From Patescibacteria group bacterium (GTDB taxonomy: Bacteria > Patescibacteriota > Microgenomatia > UBA1400 > PJMF01), in the NCBI GenBank assembly GCA_016861205.1, contig BOKX01000001.1:264539-328538 (forward strand): 64,000 nucleotides of DNA, given 5' to 3'. Position 1 is the stretch's first letter. Each line of letters begins with the position of its first letter. Below are positions 28,569 to 38,737 of this stretch, piece by piece. Below the pieces are notes generated by a model, which was not told the DNA's origin, ran no database searches, and saw only the letters and a program-made list of their open reading frames with translations. The translations under genes were made by a program, and so were the position numbers.

Positions 28569-29200
28569 GACGTTTTGTAACTAAAGGCCACTTGGATGGC
28601 CTTGTACAGGAGCTGAAAGATGTGGACACCATTGGGCATCCGAAGTGTCCCGAGGAATGTTTTTACTTCGGCGTGGTAGCCTTCATTTCGGTAAAACTCA
28701 CGATCCAAGTCCCCTACCACCATCACCGTAGCTTCTAGTGCGATCAGTAACTGAATGTTTTCCCAGGTTGGAGTTTTGTACCTTTCTTCATCCACATATA
28801 CAATTAAACCGGATACATCAGCTAGACTAACTCCCGGATGGATGTCATCCTGGCTTGGTGGCCGACCGTGAGTAAACTGCAGAACTGCGGAATGGCGAGA
28901 AAAATGAGTACATAATTTATCAAAAGTGTCAGTTCTGACTTCTTCCGAATCGGCTGTTTGAGACAGTCGGACGTAGTTCTCAATCATGTCAGATAGCTCG
29001 ATGATGACCTTTTTGGCACGCTCAACGCTCAAGGTACTATCTTGCGGGTCAAGCTTAAGAGCTTGTTCTGAGGTAATAACCGCCTGACCAATATATCGTG
29101 GGTCAAAAGGATTTTCGGGCTGATCGTAAAAAGAGTTTGGTAGGGGTGGCAAAGGCCGTCGAGGATGAAATGGTTTGTTTGCTTTATCGGGGTTGTTCAT
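28565..29200 (-). CDS. Hypothetical protein
   Basis: Start MNNPDK at 29200 preceded by an AGGAG RBS. The track ORF extends to 29227. Pro-rich N-terminus, several His. No known motif. Confidence 0.45.
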   Translation of the reverse strand: MNNPDKANKPFHPRRPLPPLPNSFYDQPENPFDPRYIGQAVITSEQALKLDPQDSTLSVERAKKVIIELSDMIENYVRLSQTADSEEVRTDTFDKLCTHFSRHSAVLQFTHGRPPSQDDIHPGVSLADVSGLIVYVDEERYKTPTWENIQLLIALEATVMVVGDLDREFYRNEGYHAEVKTFLGTLRMPNGVHIFQLLYKAIQVAFSYKTS

Positions 29201-29366
29201 ACAGTAACTCCTGCTACTAGCTAGCACGATCCTACTGTGTTTGAGTCAAGTTTGCTACTGGCTAGTTTAAGCCACGTAGCGCTACCTTAGGTATGTGAAA
29301 ATTTGAGTTCTAATCCGAGTCGGAAGGATCTCATTCAAAAAAAACTATGTTGCGATAATAGTTAAT

Positions 29367-30557
29367 TTAACTAGATATGAGCAGTCCCTCGATAATCCCA
29401 AGCAATTTTCTCTGTACATCAACTATATGAGCTCTGGCCTCTGCATTGAGCTCACTTTGACGATCTTTAATTGTGTGAAATTGTCCGTCTGTAGCGCCAA
29501 TTTGATTGGAAGCTACGAATGTGCGGGGTGCAACTCTGAGGGTGCTTTTTTGCTCTGTAAAATCATGCGTGTAACCAAGTGAACCAAAAATACCTTTGTG
29601 TGTTAGGTTCCATGTTGGTTCATTTGCGGAACGAGCTGGCCGAGCATTTTGGGCTATTTGAAGTAACAAAGCTTGTGATGCCGGGGTAATTTCGCGATGT
29701 TTTTGCAAATATTTAGATACGTTTCTAACCCGTTCTTCCTGATCTAAAGGCAAGTAGCGATTGTAATTATCCAACTCAAAATTAGTCATACAGCTGGCAA
29801 TTTCTTGCCAACTCATTTTCCAAAAGCTCATGATCTCACTGAGTAGTTGCTGGTCATCTCTGTCAATAGTTGGGTTCAGGTCAGTTTGCTTGAGAATAAT
29901 TGAAGAGGTTGTTTTATCAAGCCCCACATGTGGGTAGACGCCCTTTAATATATCAAAAGAAATCAGAATGGTTGGGTCCCACAGCACATGTTTGAAGCTT
30001 GGCTGGCGTTGTAACTCATGTGACAGATAACCAGTGCTCTGCATTGATTCTGGTATGCCATAAACGTGCCAGTGCATCTGTGGATAGGTGGTGGCGTACG
30101 GCTGATGATGATCAGCTTCACCTGGGCCAATATGCTGGATAACATAGAGCTTTTTAAGCGGATCTTGTTGTTCAGCTGCTGCACATATATTGGCTGAGAT
30201 AGCTGCATTAATCGCATCAAACATTAGTGTGCGAGCATCATATGGTAACTCATCCAAACTATGCACTAAACAATTGGAACCTTTTGGGAAACAGTTCAAC
30301 AGTAAATCATACGCGGAATTAACTGCATTTTTTAAGTAAAAAAAGAGGCCATACTGCTCTGTTCCAGGCAAAAGTAAGGCTGTTCCATTCTCAACCATGT
30401 CCCTTAAACCAAGTTCTAGTATGTCTTCATAGGAAGCATTCCGCAACATATCTAGGGTGGCGTGTTCAAAGTTCTTAATTAAACCTGTGTGGTGGAGACG
30501 TGGTACGGCAACCTCCCGTCGATGACTAGCTAGAACTTCAAATGATCCAAAACTCAT
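29367..30557 (-). CDS. Hypothetical protein (His-rich; possible HIT-like/GalT-like MHWH motif)
   Basis: Likely start MSFGSF at 30557 (the track ORF from 30605 would overlap the ChbG gene). Contains DHHQPY...QMHWHVYG. Function unknown. Confidence 0.45.
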   Translation of the reverse strand: MSFGSFEVLASHRREVAVPRLHHTGLIKNFEHATLDMLRNASYEDILELGLRDMVENGTALLLPGTEQYGLFFYLKNAVNSAYDLLLNCFPKGSNCLVHSLDELPYDARTLMFDAINAAISANICAAAEQQDPLKKLYVIQHIGPGEADHHQPYATTYPQMHWHVYGIPESMQSTGYLSHELQRQPSFKHVLWDPTILISFDILKGVYPHVGLDKTTSSIILKQTDLNPTIDRDDQQLLSEIMSFWKMSWQEIASCMTNFELDNYNRYLPLDQEERVRNVSKYLQKHREITPASQALLLQIAQNARPARSANEPTWNLTHKGIFGSLGYTHDFTEQKSTLRVAPRTFVASNQIGATDGQFHTIKDRQSELNAEARAHIVDVQRKLLGIIEGLLISS

Positions 30558-30595
30558 GGAGCATATCCTACAAAATCTTCTCAATAAGACAAGGG

Positions 30596-31408
30596 TCAAA
30601 TACACAATAGATGTGTATACGTGGTCAGGTGGATATTATTAGACCTAACGAGCTCTAGGATAAGATTAGAAGTTAGAATTGCTAGCTCTGTCTCGCGTGC
30701 TTCACGATAACTACTTAGCAAAGCTAAAGAAGCATCATTGTAACCGGGATGCACCATAAGTTCAGTGACAGCCTCGGTTAATGACGTCAAAATTTCCTGA
30801 AGTACTTCAAGGCTTGCCTTACCAGCAAAAAATTTAGTTAGTAAGGCGTCTGTCGTGCGAACGAAAAGTTCCTCTGAGTGATGCTGTTTTTGAAAGGTCT
30901 GGCTTGTTGTGGACATTGTAGGTGTGTAGACACTGGCACTTCGAATTGGTAAATCATGTTCACTAGCCAGGTACTGCATAACCTGAAAAAGGGTCGGATG
31001 TTTATATGAAATATGATGATGTGAGTCCAAATGATCGGGATATACATTGCAGGCAATCATGGCTGCAATTTGGGCTGACCACTCATCGTAGACTTGGTTA
31101 GGGTCTAGAAATTCAGCCTTACTTCTGATTTCAGCTAGACTGTGAAAATGACCATTGGTGTTAACAAGAGATGGAACCTTGTCAGGCGATAGCAGAGGTT
31201 GTCCAGTTGTGAGATTAAGATGGGTACCTATAGCTAGTTTAGGCGTTTGAGCTTTGGCTAGAGTAAGATCACTTTCAACACCCGGTACATTCATCATGGC
31301 TGTTGTTGATGTGACAATACCTTGCCTGTGAGCAACTCGAATTCCTTCAGAAACTTTTCTAGTTAATCCATAGTCATCGGCATTTACGATTAAGCATTTT
31401 TCTGGCAT
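30596..31408 (-). CDS. ChbG/YdjC-family carbohydrate deacetylase
   Basis: N-terminal NADDYGLT motif and the HLDSHHH metal-binding motif of YdjC/ChbG. Confidence 0.8.
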   Translation of the reverse strand: MPEKCLIVNADDYGLTRKVSEGIRVAHRQGIVTSTTAMMNVPGVESDLTLAKAQTPKLAIGTHLNLTTGQPLLSPDKVPSLVNTNGHFHSLAEIRSKAEFLDPNQVYDEWSAQIAAMIACNVYPDHLDSHHHISYKHPTLFQVMQYLASEHDLPIRSASVYTPTMSTTSQTFQKQHHSEELFVRTTDALLTKFFAGKASLEVLQEILTSLTEAVTELMVHPGYNDASLALLSSYREARETELAILTSNLILELVRSNNIHLTTYTHLLCI

Positions 31409-31419
31409 AAGTGAAACGT

Positions 31420-32163
31420 TTATATTTTGAACACCGTCAAAATTGGCAGGTGATCAGAGAATGGAATTGAAAGAATTTGTGTAGATACAACCTCTAAATC
31501 TCGAGTGGCTAAAATGTAATCGAGCCGCCAATCCAAAGTTTCTGCATTAAAACCGTGATAGCTAAAAGGTTTTGTGGTCCACGTTTTCTGATCAAATGAT
31601 GGGCCAGCGTTTTGATAGGTGCGAAGCAATCTCTCAACAAGGCTTGAGTGTTCTGTCAGGTTAAAGTCTCCGGTCACTATGGTTTTCTGTGTACATGGAG
31701 TGAGCGTTTCTAAGAAAAGGTTGCTCTCACGATTTTTTTCTGATGTTTCTCGAAAACCATCAGAAAAGGAGAGGTGGGTTGTGACAACCGTTACCTCATG
31801 GTCGGGTAGCTGAACATCGCACAAACAGGCTATTCGCCTCTCAAGTCCTTGTGTGTTAGCTGTTTTGGGTTCTGCTTCTTGGATGACCTGGTATCTGAGG
31901 TTTTTTAAAGGAAATTTGCTCAAAATGCAGTTGCCTTGAGTGCGAGGTGGCACTTGATCTGTCCAAGTATGTGCGACAGCGTGGTGCACGTGATAGTTCA
32001 GATTTGTGGCCAAAAACTGGGGCACATCTTTGCCTATATTGGGAAAGTCCTGTGTAACTTCCTGAAGACAAATGATATCTGGCTGATACTTTTCAAGTAC
32101 TTGAAGGATATTCTGTGGTTGCTCATTAACCCAAACATTCCACTGCAAAACACTAAACTGCAT
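31420..32163 (-). CDS. Endonuclease/exonuclease/phosphatase (EEP) family protein
   Basis: N-terminal LQWNVWV...IICLQEV and C-terminal SDHLPI motifs typical of the EEP superfamily. Confidence 0.78.
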   Translation of the reverse strand: MQFSVLQWNVWVNEQPQNILQVLEKYQPDIICLQEVTQDFPNIGKDVPQFLATNLNYHVHHAVAHTWTDQVPPRTQGNCILSKFPLKNLRYQVIQEAEPKTANTQGLERRIACLCDVQLPDHEVTVVTTHLSFSDGFRETSEKNRESNLFLETLTPCTQKTIVTGDFNLTEHSSLVERLLRTYQNAGPSFDQKTWTTKPFSYHGFNAETLDWRLDYILATRDLEVVSTQILSIPFSDHLPILTVFKI

Positions 32164-32176
32164 ATTGTTTATTATA

Positions 32177-33124
32177 CTAGACGATAGTTGAGGAATAATA
32201 CTGCTCAGTTGCGACTCCAGCCAAGACGAGCCCTGTTTCTAAGACGTCATCTAACTGCATCGAGCGTTGTGTCCACCCAACTGAGACTCGAATTGCATTG
32301 ATAAAAAATAGTTCTTTTGCCAACGATGTAGAACCACTAACATTTTTTACCTTTTCATCCAGTTCTAAGATTAATGGTCTCAGGCAAGCTTCGGCCGGCG
32401 CAAAGTTTGGATCGAGCTGATACTCAACATTAAACGTATCGCCACAACTAAAGGTTCCTTGATACCGGTACTCGAATAAATAGAGGGCGCCAGCAAGATT
32501 ATTTAAGGCAGATGATGCCATGTTGTACCCAGTGTAGTTTCCAGGATCAATAGCGTAGTAGTTGTCCTCTTCGCACAAAACATTTCCAGGATGTTCGTCG
32601 CCATGACATAGAACCATGTGTTTTTCTATCTTGTTCTCAAGGGCAATCTGGCATTGTGTTAGTGTCTCATGCAAACATGGGTAAGTAACCCCATTCACAA
32701 TAGTAGGCATATGTGCAAAATTCATGATTTTTTCATTGTGTCGAAGTCGATACAGTGTGTTTAGGGTTTCTAGACGCCAATTCCTAGAAACAACTGTTTC
32801 ATCCATTGATTTGGTAGTTGTATGCCACATAGCATACATGTCGTTAAGAAAGCGTTGCAGGGAATCTTTTGCAAGGTGTGGTTTGTCTTTTAATATGGTG
32901 TTAACTGCTTGGGCTTCTACGCCACGAACAACCAAAAGATGTCCCTCTGAGGTATTGGCTAATCTAGCCTTAGGCATACGTAAATATGGGGCAAGAAGAT
33001 GATAGCCACTAATTTCACGGGCTGGTCTACGTATGAAATGACCTTCGGTTCCCTTCTTTATGTAAAACTGATAAGGACCGCGATCATCGCGATACAGAAA
33101 ATTCGTCAGTTGTTCTCTTGACAT
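32177..33124 (-). CDS. Aminoglycoside-phosphotransferase-like (APH/CotS/choline-kinase-fold) small-molecule kinase
   Basis: Catalytic loop HGDEHPGNVL and downstream YAIDPG (Brenner motif HxDxxxxN ... D). Confidence 0.6.
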   Translation of the reverse strand: MSREQLTNFLYRDDRGPYQFYIKKGTEGHFIRRPAREISGYHLLAPYLRMPKARLANTSEGHLLVVRGVEAQAVNTILKDKPHLAKDSLQRFLNDMYAMWHTTTKSMDETVVSRNWRLETLNTLYRLRHNEKIMNFAHMPTIVNGVTYPCLHETLTQCQIALENKIEKHMVLCHGDEHPGNVLCEEDNYYAIDPGNYTGYNMASSALNNLAGALYLFEYRYQGTFSCGDTFNVEYQLDPNFAPAEACLRPLILELDEKVKNVSGSTSLAKELFFINAIRVSVGWTQRSMQLDDVLETGLVLAGVATEQYYSSTIV

Positions 33125-33137
33125 ACAAAAGTTCGCC

Positions 33138-34358
33138 CTAAAGCTTAGGTGGTTCTGTTTTAGTCGCTAAGATCCAAATTTTATCCAAAAGATCGCGATA
33201 CGTTTCCATAGATAGGTTACGAGCCAGCTCAACGGTGAACTCTTGGTCTTTATCTTTTATTAACTCAATCGCGCCTTTGATTGCAAGCAAGGTTGAATCA
33301 TCATCCCCGACTACCCGAGCTAGCTGATCGAGATTTAATTCCCCTTCAAAGGCTGGCAAAATAATAGTTCTAAACATAAATCGGCTGGCTCTTTCTTCAC
33401 GATGCCTAAGAAGATCTTGGGCATCTAAGTCTGCCACTATTGATTCTAGTAACTCAATGTCACTTATTCGGCAATCCACCCAACCTTGCATAGATGAAAA
33501 CTTGTTTTGGGGTGCTTTTTGAGACAAAGCAAATATTTCGCGTCGTGCGCTTGGAATTGTTTGTGTCGGAATGAAGGCAACAGAACCACCCAGTGCCCTG
33601 ACCGCATGCCCAAAGCGCAGATCATTTCCTTTGATCTGATTACCAGCAGCATCTCTAGGTTGCTGGCTACCGCCTATGGCAGCGTATGGTTCAACCTCAA
33701 TAGCAAAGTTTGCTCCGCATGTGTGAATGAATGCTACCCCAGTGTCACTTAGATAGTAGGCAACTTCTCCCAAATAACGAAAAAAATTGCTGACTCCTTT
33801 TGCCTGTTCGATAATGTCATCAAGCTCATATGGGTAATGGTATTTGCCTCCCAGTGCTTCGGCACGAGTTTCTGTAGCTACTGAAACAATAGACGCGGCC
33901 CAATCAGGTGGAACCAGAGTATCCGCATCTGTTAAAGCCATGTATCTAGGTGTGGTAATGTTTCCACGCTTAAGATATTGAGCTACAGTTTCATCCATGC
34001 CACGCTTTCGGGCATGAACAGGTCCTTTTTGAGTGGCTTGTAGAACTGTTACAGGAAAAGGAATATCTTTGCCAGCAGAAATGGCTGCAGCTGTAGTTTT
34101 ATCTGTACTGTTGTTATCAACAACAACAATTTCGATCGGAACGGTACTTTTGCCAAGCTGTTCAAGGCACAAGGGGATGAAGTCTTGCTCATTAAAAGCG
34201 GGAACAACAACAGTTAAAGCTGTGTCTGGATCGCAGAGTGCTACACCTGGTGTTGTTTCAACACCATAATCTCGACAGTATCTTTCCAGAGTTTGTTTTC
34301 TTTTTTCATCAGGTTCTTCGGCTTTCCTTAATTGGTCAGGACTTTTGGGCATAGTCAC
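33138..34358 (-). CDS. Family-2 glycosyltransferase (GT-A), soluble
   Basis: VVVPAFNEQDFI...VVVDNNSTDKT N-terminal Rossmann-like GT2 pattern. DAD motif. Confidence 0.78.
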   Translation of the reverse strand: MTMPKSPDQLRKAEEPDEKRKQTLERYCRDYGVETTPGVALCDPDTALTVVVPAFNEQDFIPLCLEQLGKSTVPIEIVVVDNNSTDKTTAAAISAGKDIPFPVTVLQATQKGPVHARKRGMDETVAQYLKRGNITTPRYMALTDADTLVPPDWAASIVSVATETRAEALGGKYHYPYELDDIIEQAKGVSNFFRYLGEVAYYLSDTGVAFIHTCGANFAIEVEPYAAIGGSQQPRDAAGNQIKGNDLRFGHAVRALGGSVAFIPTQTIPSARREIFALSQKAPQNKFSSMQGWVDCRISDIELLESIVADLDAQDLLRHREERASRFMFRTIILPAFEGELNLDQLARVVGDDDSTLLAIKGAIELIKDKDQEFTVELARNLSMETYRDLLDKIWILATKTEPPKL

Positions 34359-34412
34359 GTACTATATCAATAATGATCGGAAACGCAAGAGACATGGCAG
34401 CTACACGATAGT

Positions 34413-35438
34413 TTATTGATTGCTTAACTCAGTTAAGATTTCCTTGAACACCATGGCCAATGCGGGGACATCATGGCGAATCATGCTCCGTTTGAGAATG
34501 TCACCTGGTTGTCGGGGAACTAACTGATCTGAAACAATGGGTCTCCTCATGACAGGCGGCATGTTTGGCATGCTTGTTTCATCCAAATCATCGAGGACTG
34601 GAATTGCCTGCTCTGCCTGATATAAAGACAGCACATCTTCCGGATAGACAGTTTCACTGTTAATTAATATTCTGTTGACTCGTTCCAGGGGGAAAAAACG
34701 ACTAAGATCCAGAACATAATCAGATGCACGGTAGTTATACGCATCACCATACTTTGTCATGAGATTAATGATAAATAAGATAAATGCCTTTGAGTCAATC
34801 AAGGCTTCCACTATGCCATCAACAATGAGATTTGTTAAGGTATTGGTGTACAAATCACCAGGCCCAAGTACGATAAGGTCTGAAGCTTGAATAGCAGCCA
34901 TAGCTTCAGCATCAATACTGACAGTTGGTTCAGTTCGAATTTTGGTGATTCTTAACTTTCCATCGTGCTTGGGTTCATCAATTGCGTGTTCACCATGAAC
35001 TTCACTACCATCCTCATACGTGGCAACCAGCCGGGCATCTTCATAGGTGATGGGCAGGATGTGACCCTGTACAGATAATAACTCGGCAGTCTTTTTTATC
35101 GCCTGTCGAGGTGAACCACAAATATCAGAAGCAGCAGCTAAGAATAAATTGCCAAAGGTCATGCCACTTAAACCCTGACCACGGTGGTAGCGATAGCTAA
35201 ACAGCTCCTTAAGCAGGCTTTCTTGCGAGGACAAAGCTACCATGGCTTGTCGAATACCTGATGTTGGTGGTAAACCAAAATCATCGCGCATTACTTGATT
35301 GGAACCACCATCATCAAATGTGTTGAGTACTGCTGAAATATCAAGACCTGGAATCTCAGTTAGAGCACGCAGCACTGTGTATGTACCTGTCCCACCACCC
35401 AAGGCTGTTACATGTACTGGGTTTTCTTGGTTTAACAT
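34413..35438 (-). CDS. YvcK/CofD-family protein (UPF0052; gluconeogenesis-factor / 2-phospho-L-lactate-transferase-like)
   Basis: N-terminal VTALGGGTGTYTVLRAL...NTFDDGGS signature of the CofD/YvcK family. Confidence 0.85.
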   Translation of the reverse strand: MLNQENPVHVTALGGGTGTYTVLRALTEIPGLDISAVLNTFDDGGSNQVMRDDFGLPPTSGIRQAMVALSSQESLLKELFSYRYHRGQGLSGMTFGNLFLAAASDICGSPRQAIKKTAELLSVQGHILPITYEDARLVATYEDGSEVHGEHAIDEPKHDGKLRITKIRTEPTVSIDAEAMAAIQASDLIVLGPGDLYTNTLTNLIVDGIVEALIDSKAFILFIINLMTKYGDAYNYRASDYVLDLSRFFPLERVNRILINSETVYPEDVLSLYQAEQAIPVLDDLDETSMPNMPPVMRRPIVSDQLVPRQPGDILKRSMIRHDVPALAMVFKEILTELSNQ

Positions 35439-35508
35439 GGGGGTTAATCTACAGTTCTTGGCAGAAAATGTCCAGGAATAAAACGTGTTTTTGTTGTGAA
35501 TGATAGGC

Positions 35509-35583
35509 TGGTGACCCCACGGGGAATCGAACCCCGGTTACCGGGATGAAAACCCGATGTCCTAACCGCTAGACGATGGGGCC
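35509..35583 (-). tRNA. tRNA-Glu (anticodon UUC), CCA encoded
   Basis: Cloverleaf read by eye: acceptor GGCCCCA/TGGGGTC, anticodon stem TCGGG/CCCGG with loop TTTTCAT, T-arm CGGGGTTCGATTCCCCG, 3' ACCA. Confidence 0.88.
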
Positions 35584-35649
35584 AGTTTCGGGGCGAGTGA
35601 CTCGCCGCCGAGTTTGGCTGACGCTACTGAGAGCGACTTAAAGAGCGTG

Positions 35650-36018
35650 TTACCTGGTCCAGCTGACATTTTTAAAATGCTCTACTCGACCTGGCAAGAC
35701 TGATATTATATCGAATCGAAAGGCATTCTCCAAGTCGGACTCGGCTAAGTAGGCTAAAGCCGCCTGATACCACGCTCGCCGCTTGCGCCAGTTCACGGCT
35801 TGCGTTGGGTGGCCGAATTGGTCAGCTGATCGAGTTTTGACTTCGACAAACACCAGTTCTTGGGTGGTTGGGTCAATGACTACCAGATCAAGCTCAAGAT
35901 TACCGGAGCGCCAGTTATGGTGGCGAATCGCATAACCGTGAGCCACTAAAAACCGAGCGGCGATGGTTTCACCAGCTCTACCGAGTTGTTGATGTGTGGA
36001 ATTACTTGGCAGCTTCAC
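35650..36018 (-). CDS. yraN: YraN/UPF0102-family endonuclease-like protein
   Basis: [12 protein letters not shown]...DLVV...[10 protein letters not shown] pattern of UPF0102. Conserved position next to rplS. Confidence 0.78.
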   Translation of the reverse strand: MKLPSNSTHQQLGRAGETIAARFLVAHGYAIRHHNWRSGNLELDLVVIDPTTQELVFVEVKTRSADQFGHPTQAVNWRKRRAWYQAALAYLAESDLENAFRFDIISVLPGRVEHFKNVSWTR

Positions 36019-36355
36019 CGGCGATTAAGGCAGTTTTTTCCTTAATGCGAGTGGCAGCTTTACCAATTCGACCGCGCAGGTAGTACAGTTTACTACGGCG
36101 GACTTGACCTTGACGCTTCAGCTCAATTTTCTTGATTGATGGCAACAGTACTGGAAAAATTTTCTCAACACCAATGCCATTGGTTGCGACCTTACGAACG
36201 GTCATTGACTTACCACTTCCTGCATTTTTGATAGCAATGATAATGCCCTCAAAAATCTGGATGCGTTTCTTCTCACCCTCAACAATTTCCTGGTGAACCT
36301 TGATGGTGTCACCGACTGAGAGGTTCTGGTCTTGATAAACAATATGCTGTGCCAT
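36002..36355 (-). CDS. rplS: 50S ribosomal protein L19
   Basis: Characteristic L19 sequence ([23 protein letters not shown]...RRSKLYYLR). Confidence 0.9.
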   Translation of the reverse strand: MAQHIVYQDQNLSVGDTIKVHQEIVEGEKKRIQIFEGIIIAIKNAGSGKSMTVRKVATNGIGVEKIFPVLLPSIKKIELKRQGQVRRSKLYYLRGRIGKAATRIKEKTALIAGEAAK

Positions 36356-36367
36356 AGACGAAGTATT

Positions 36368-36964
36368 TTAGTCGAGATTCGCAAATAATGCAACCTCCGC
36401 TTGGGGAAAGCCAATTTCCAGCAGTTGTTGGCGAATTTGCTGGCTCGAATCACCGGCCTCCCGCCAGTTTTTAGTCAAGATCTCGATGGTTTCTCTTGAC
36501 TCATTCGGAAAAATAACCCAGGCAACACTCTCAGTGGCGGCAAAATCGACTTTAAAGTCAGCCCACGGCTTACTGACCAACGCAGCGGTGGTCAGGCTTT
36601 TTACGCCATGAAACTGGAGATACTGGCTGACCACTTTCATGGTGTCACCTTTATCCACAATGTCATCAAAAACTAACACTCGCTCATCTCGGACTGAAAC
36701 CGGCAAGCTTTGGGTAATAACTGGTGCAGCTGCGGTGGCGTTGATACCGGTATAGAACTCAACTTTGAGCGTACTCACATCTGGCACGTTGAGGTAATCA
36801 ACCAAGGATCGAGAAAAGGTTAAGCCGCCTTTAGCCAAAGCAATTACGCGATCAAACTGCTGCTCACTAGTGATCACCTTTTGGGCCAAGCTAAAAATCA
36901 GGTCACCTAACTCTTGCCAAGAGAAGTAGTGATAGCTAATGTCATGGACAGTGACTGGCTGCAT
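36368..36964 (-). CDS. Phosphoribosyltransferase (purine/xanthine PRTase-like)
   Basis: PRPP-binding motif VLVFDDIVDKGDTM. Confidence 0.72.
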   Translation of the reverse strand: MQPVTVHDISYHYFSWQELGDLIFSLAQKVITSEQQFDRVIALAKGGLTFSRSLVDYLNVPDVSTLKVEFYTGINATAAAPVITQSLPVSVRDERVLVFDDIVDKGDTMKVVSQYLQFHGVKSLTTAALVSKPWADFKVDFAATESVAWVIFPNESRETIEILTKNWREAGDSSQQIRQQLLEIGFPQAEVALFANLD

Positions 36965-36985
36965 AGATTGCGTTTCTAGCCCAAG

Positions 36986-38692
36986 TTATTTGCCTTTTCG
37001 ACGCTCACTGAGGGCTGCTCGCAAGTACTCAATGAAAATTGGGTGTGGAGCCAATGGGCGCGACTTATACTCTGGATGAGCTTGGGTACCGACAAAAAAC
37101 GGGTGGAGTTTGCGATCCAACTCGATCATTTCGACAAAGAAATCATCGGGAGACGTACCTGAGAAAATCATGCCTTCTGCCGACAGTGCCTCGCGGTACT
37201 CATTGTTAAACTCAAAACGATGGCGGTGTCGCTCGGAAATAAGGTGTTGTTTTTTATTTTTGTAGGCATGATGTTTGTCGTAAATCTTATCCATCAGAGA
37301 GCCTGGCTTCAGCACGCAGTCATAGGCACCTAGCCGCATACTCGCACCTTGGCCTTTGATGCGTTGGTACTTTTCTTCAAACGGAATGTCGTGAATGAGT
37401 GGGTACTTAGTATCTGGGTCAACTTCGGTGGTGTGAGCACCTTTGAGGCCAACGACGTTGCGAGCAAACTCGACTGTAGCCAGCTGCATACCGTAACACA
37501 AACCTAAGTACGGTACTTTGTGCTCGCGGGCGTACGTAATAGCTTTGATTTTGCCCTCTACTCCACGTTCTCCCCATCCGATCGGCACAATGATGCCGTC
37601 AGCTGACTCAAGTTGTTGGCGAGCTTCAGCTTTATTTTTCTCAAGGTCTTCAGCATTGATGAACTGGAGATTAACCCCAATTTCCTGTTGCCAGCTTGCG
37701 TGCCGCAAAGCTTCGATCAGCGACACATAGGAATCAGTCAATTCATAGTCACCTGTGGCGATGTACTTGGCGATAATGGCAATTTTGAGCTGATCTTTTT
37801 TGTCGGCGTTAATAGTTGAAACCAGTTTTTTCCAGGGTTCAAGCTTGATCGATTTTTGCTCGAGGCCTAATTTCTCTAGCACCATCGTGTCAAAGTTTTG
37901 ATCTCGGAACAACAATGGTAACTCATACACTGATTTGCAATCTGGGTTTGAAATTACAGCTTCTTTCTCAAGGTTGCAGTAGAAAGCCACCTTTTCTTTT
38001 CGCTTGTCATCAATCGGGAACTCAGCGCGACCGACAATAAAATCTGGTTGAATACCCATCGAGTTGAGCAACTTAACAGATAGTTGTGTCGGTTTTGACT
38101 TGAGCTCGTTGATATGTGCAGGACGTGGGAAGTAGGTGACGTGAACGTGAATGACATCATCTGGGTAACGCAGCTTCATCACCCGATAACTCTCATAAAA
38201 AACCACGTTCTGGTACTCGCCAGCAGTACCACCCAGTTCAACTAAAATAATGTCGTAACCTTGGGCAGCCTCGTGAATTCGGCGAATCACTTCTTCAGGA
38301 ATGTAGGGAATAGCATCTACAGTAGCCCCATTAAACTGTAAGTTACGGGTGTCATCGATCACTTTGGTGTAGATCTGACCAATGGTGGTAAAATTGCGAT
38401 TGCCAACTTCCTCATCTAAGAAACGTTCATAGGAGCCAAGATCCAGGTCTGCCTCGAGGCCATCCTCACATAAAAACACGTCGCCGTGTTCCACAGGATT
38501 AATGTTACCTGAGTCCAAGTTGAGGTAGTTCTCACACTTAATGTTAGTGACTTTGTAGCCGCGTGCTTTGAGCAGTACCCCGAGTGAAGCCGCGGTGATA
38601 CCTTTGCCTAAACCCGACAACACACCGCCGGAGACGAAGACAAACTTAGTTTTACTACCAGATTTGGTTGGAGAAGTGCCATGGATACCCAT
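36986..38692 (-). CDS. pyrG: CTP synthase
   Basis: N-terminal KFVFVSGGVLSGLGKGI synthetase motif and C-terminal class-I glutamine amidotransferase domain (GLCYGMQ, HPE). Confidence 0.95.
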   Translation of the reverse strand: MGIHGTSPTKSGSKTKFVFVSGGVLSGLGKGITAASLGVLLKARGYKVTNIKCENYLNLDSGNINPVEHGDVFLCEDGLEADLDLGSYERFLDEEVGNRNFTTIGQIYTKVIDDTRNLQFNGATVDAIPYIPEEVIRRIHEAAQGYDIILVELGGTAGEYQNVVFYESYRVMKLRYPDDVIHVHVTYFPRPAHINELKSKPTQLSVKLLNSMGIQPDFIVGRAEFPIDDKRKEKVAFYCNLEKEAVISNPDCKSVYELPLLFRDQNFDTMVLEKLGLEQKSIKLEPWKKLVSTINADKKDQLKIAIIAKYIATGDYELTDSYVSLIEALRHASWQQEIGVNLQFINAEDLEKNKAEARQQLESADGIIVPIGWGERGVEGKIKAITYAREHKVPYLGLCYGMQLATVEFARNVVGLKGAHTTEVDPDTKYPLIHDIPFEEKYQRIKGQGASMRLGAYDCVLKPGSLMDKIYDKHHAYKNKKQHLISERHRHRFEFNNEYREALSAEGMIFSGTSPDDFFVEMIELDRKLHPFFVGTQAHPEYKSRPLAPHPIFIEYLRAALSERRKGK

Positions 38693-38737
38693 GGAAGGTT
38701 ATTATAAACAGCAAGTGAAGATAAAGCAAACTCAGAG

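Noticed and set aside
29963-30220. 85-aa nested ORF and the other short ORFs embedded antisense or in alternative frames of large genes throughout the track
   Set aside because: They lie fully inside longer, better-supported CDSs and have no RBS or motif support. Typical six-frame noise.
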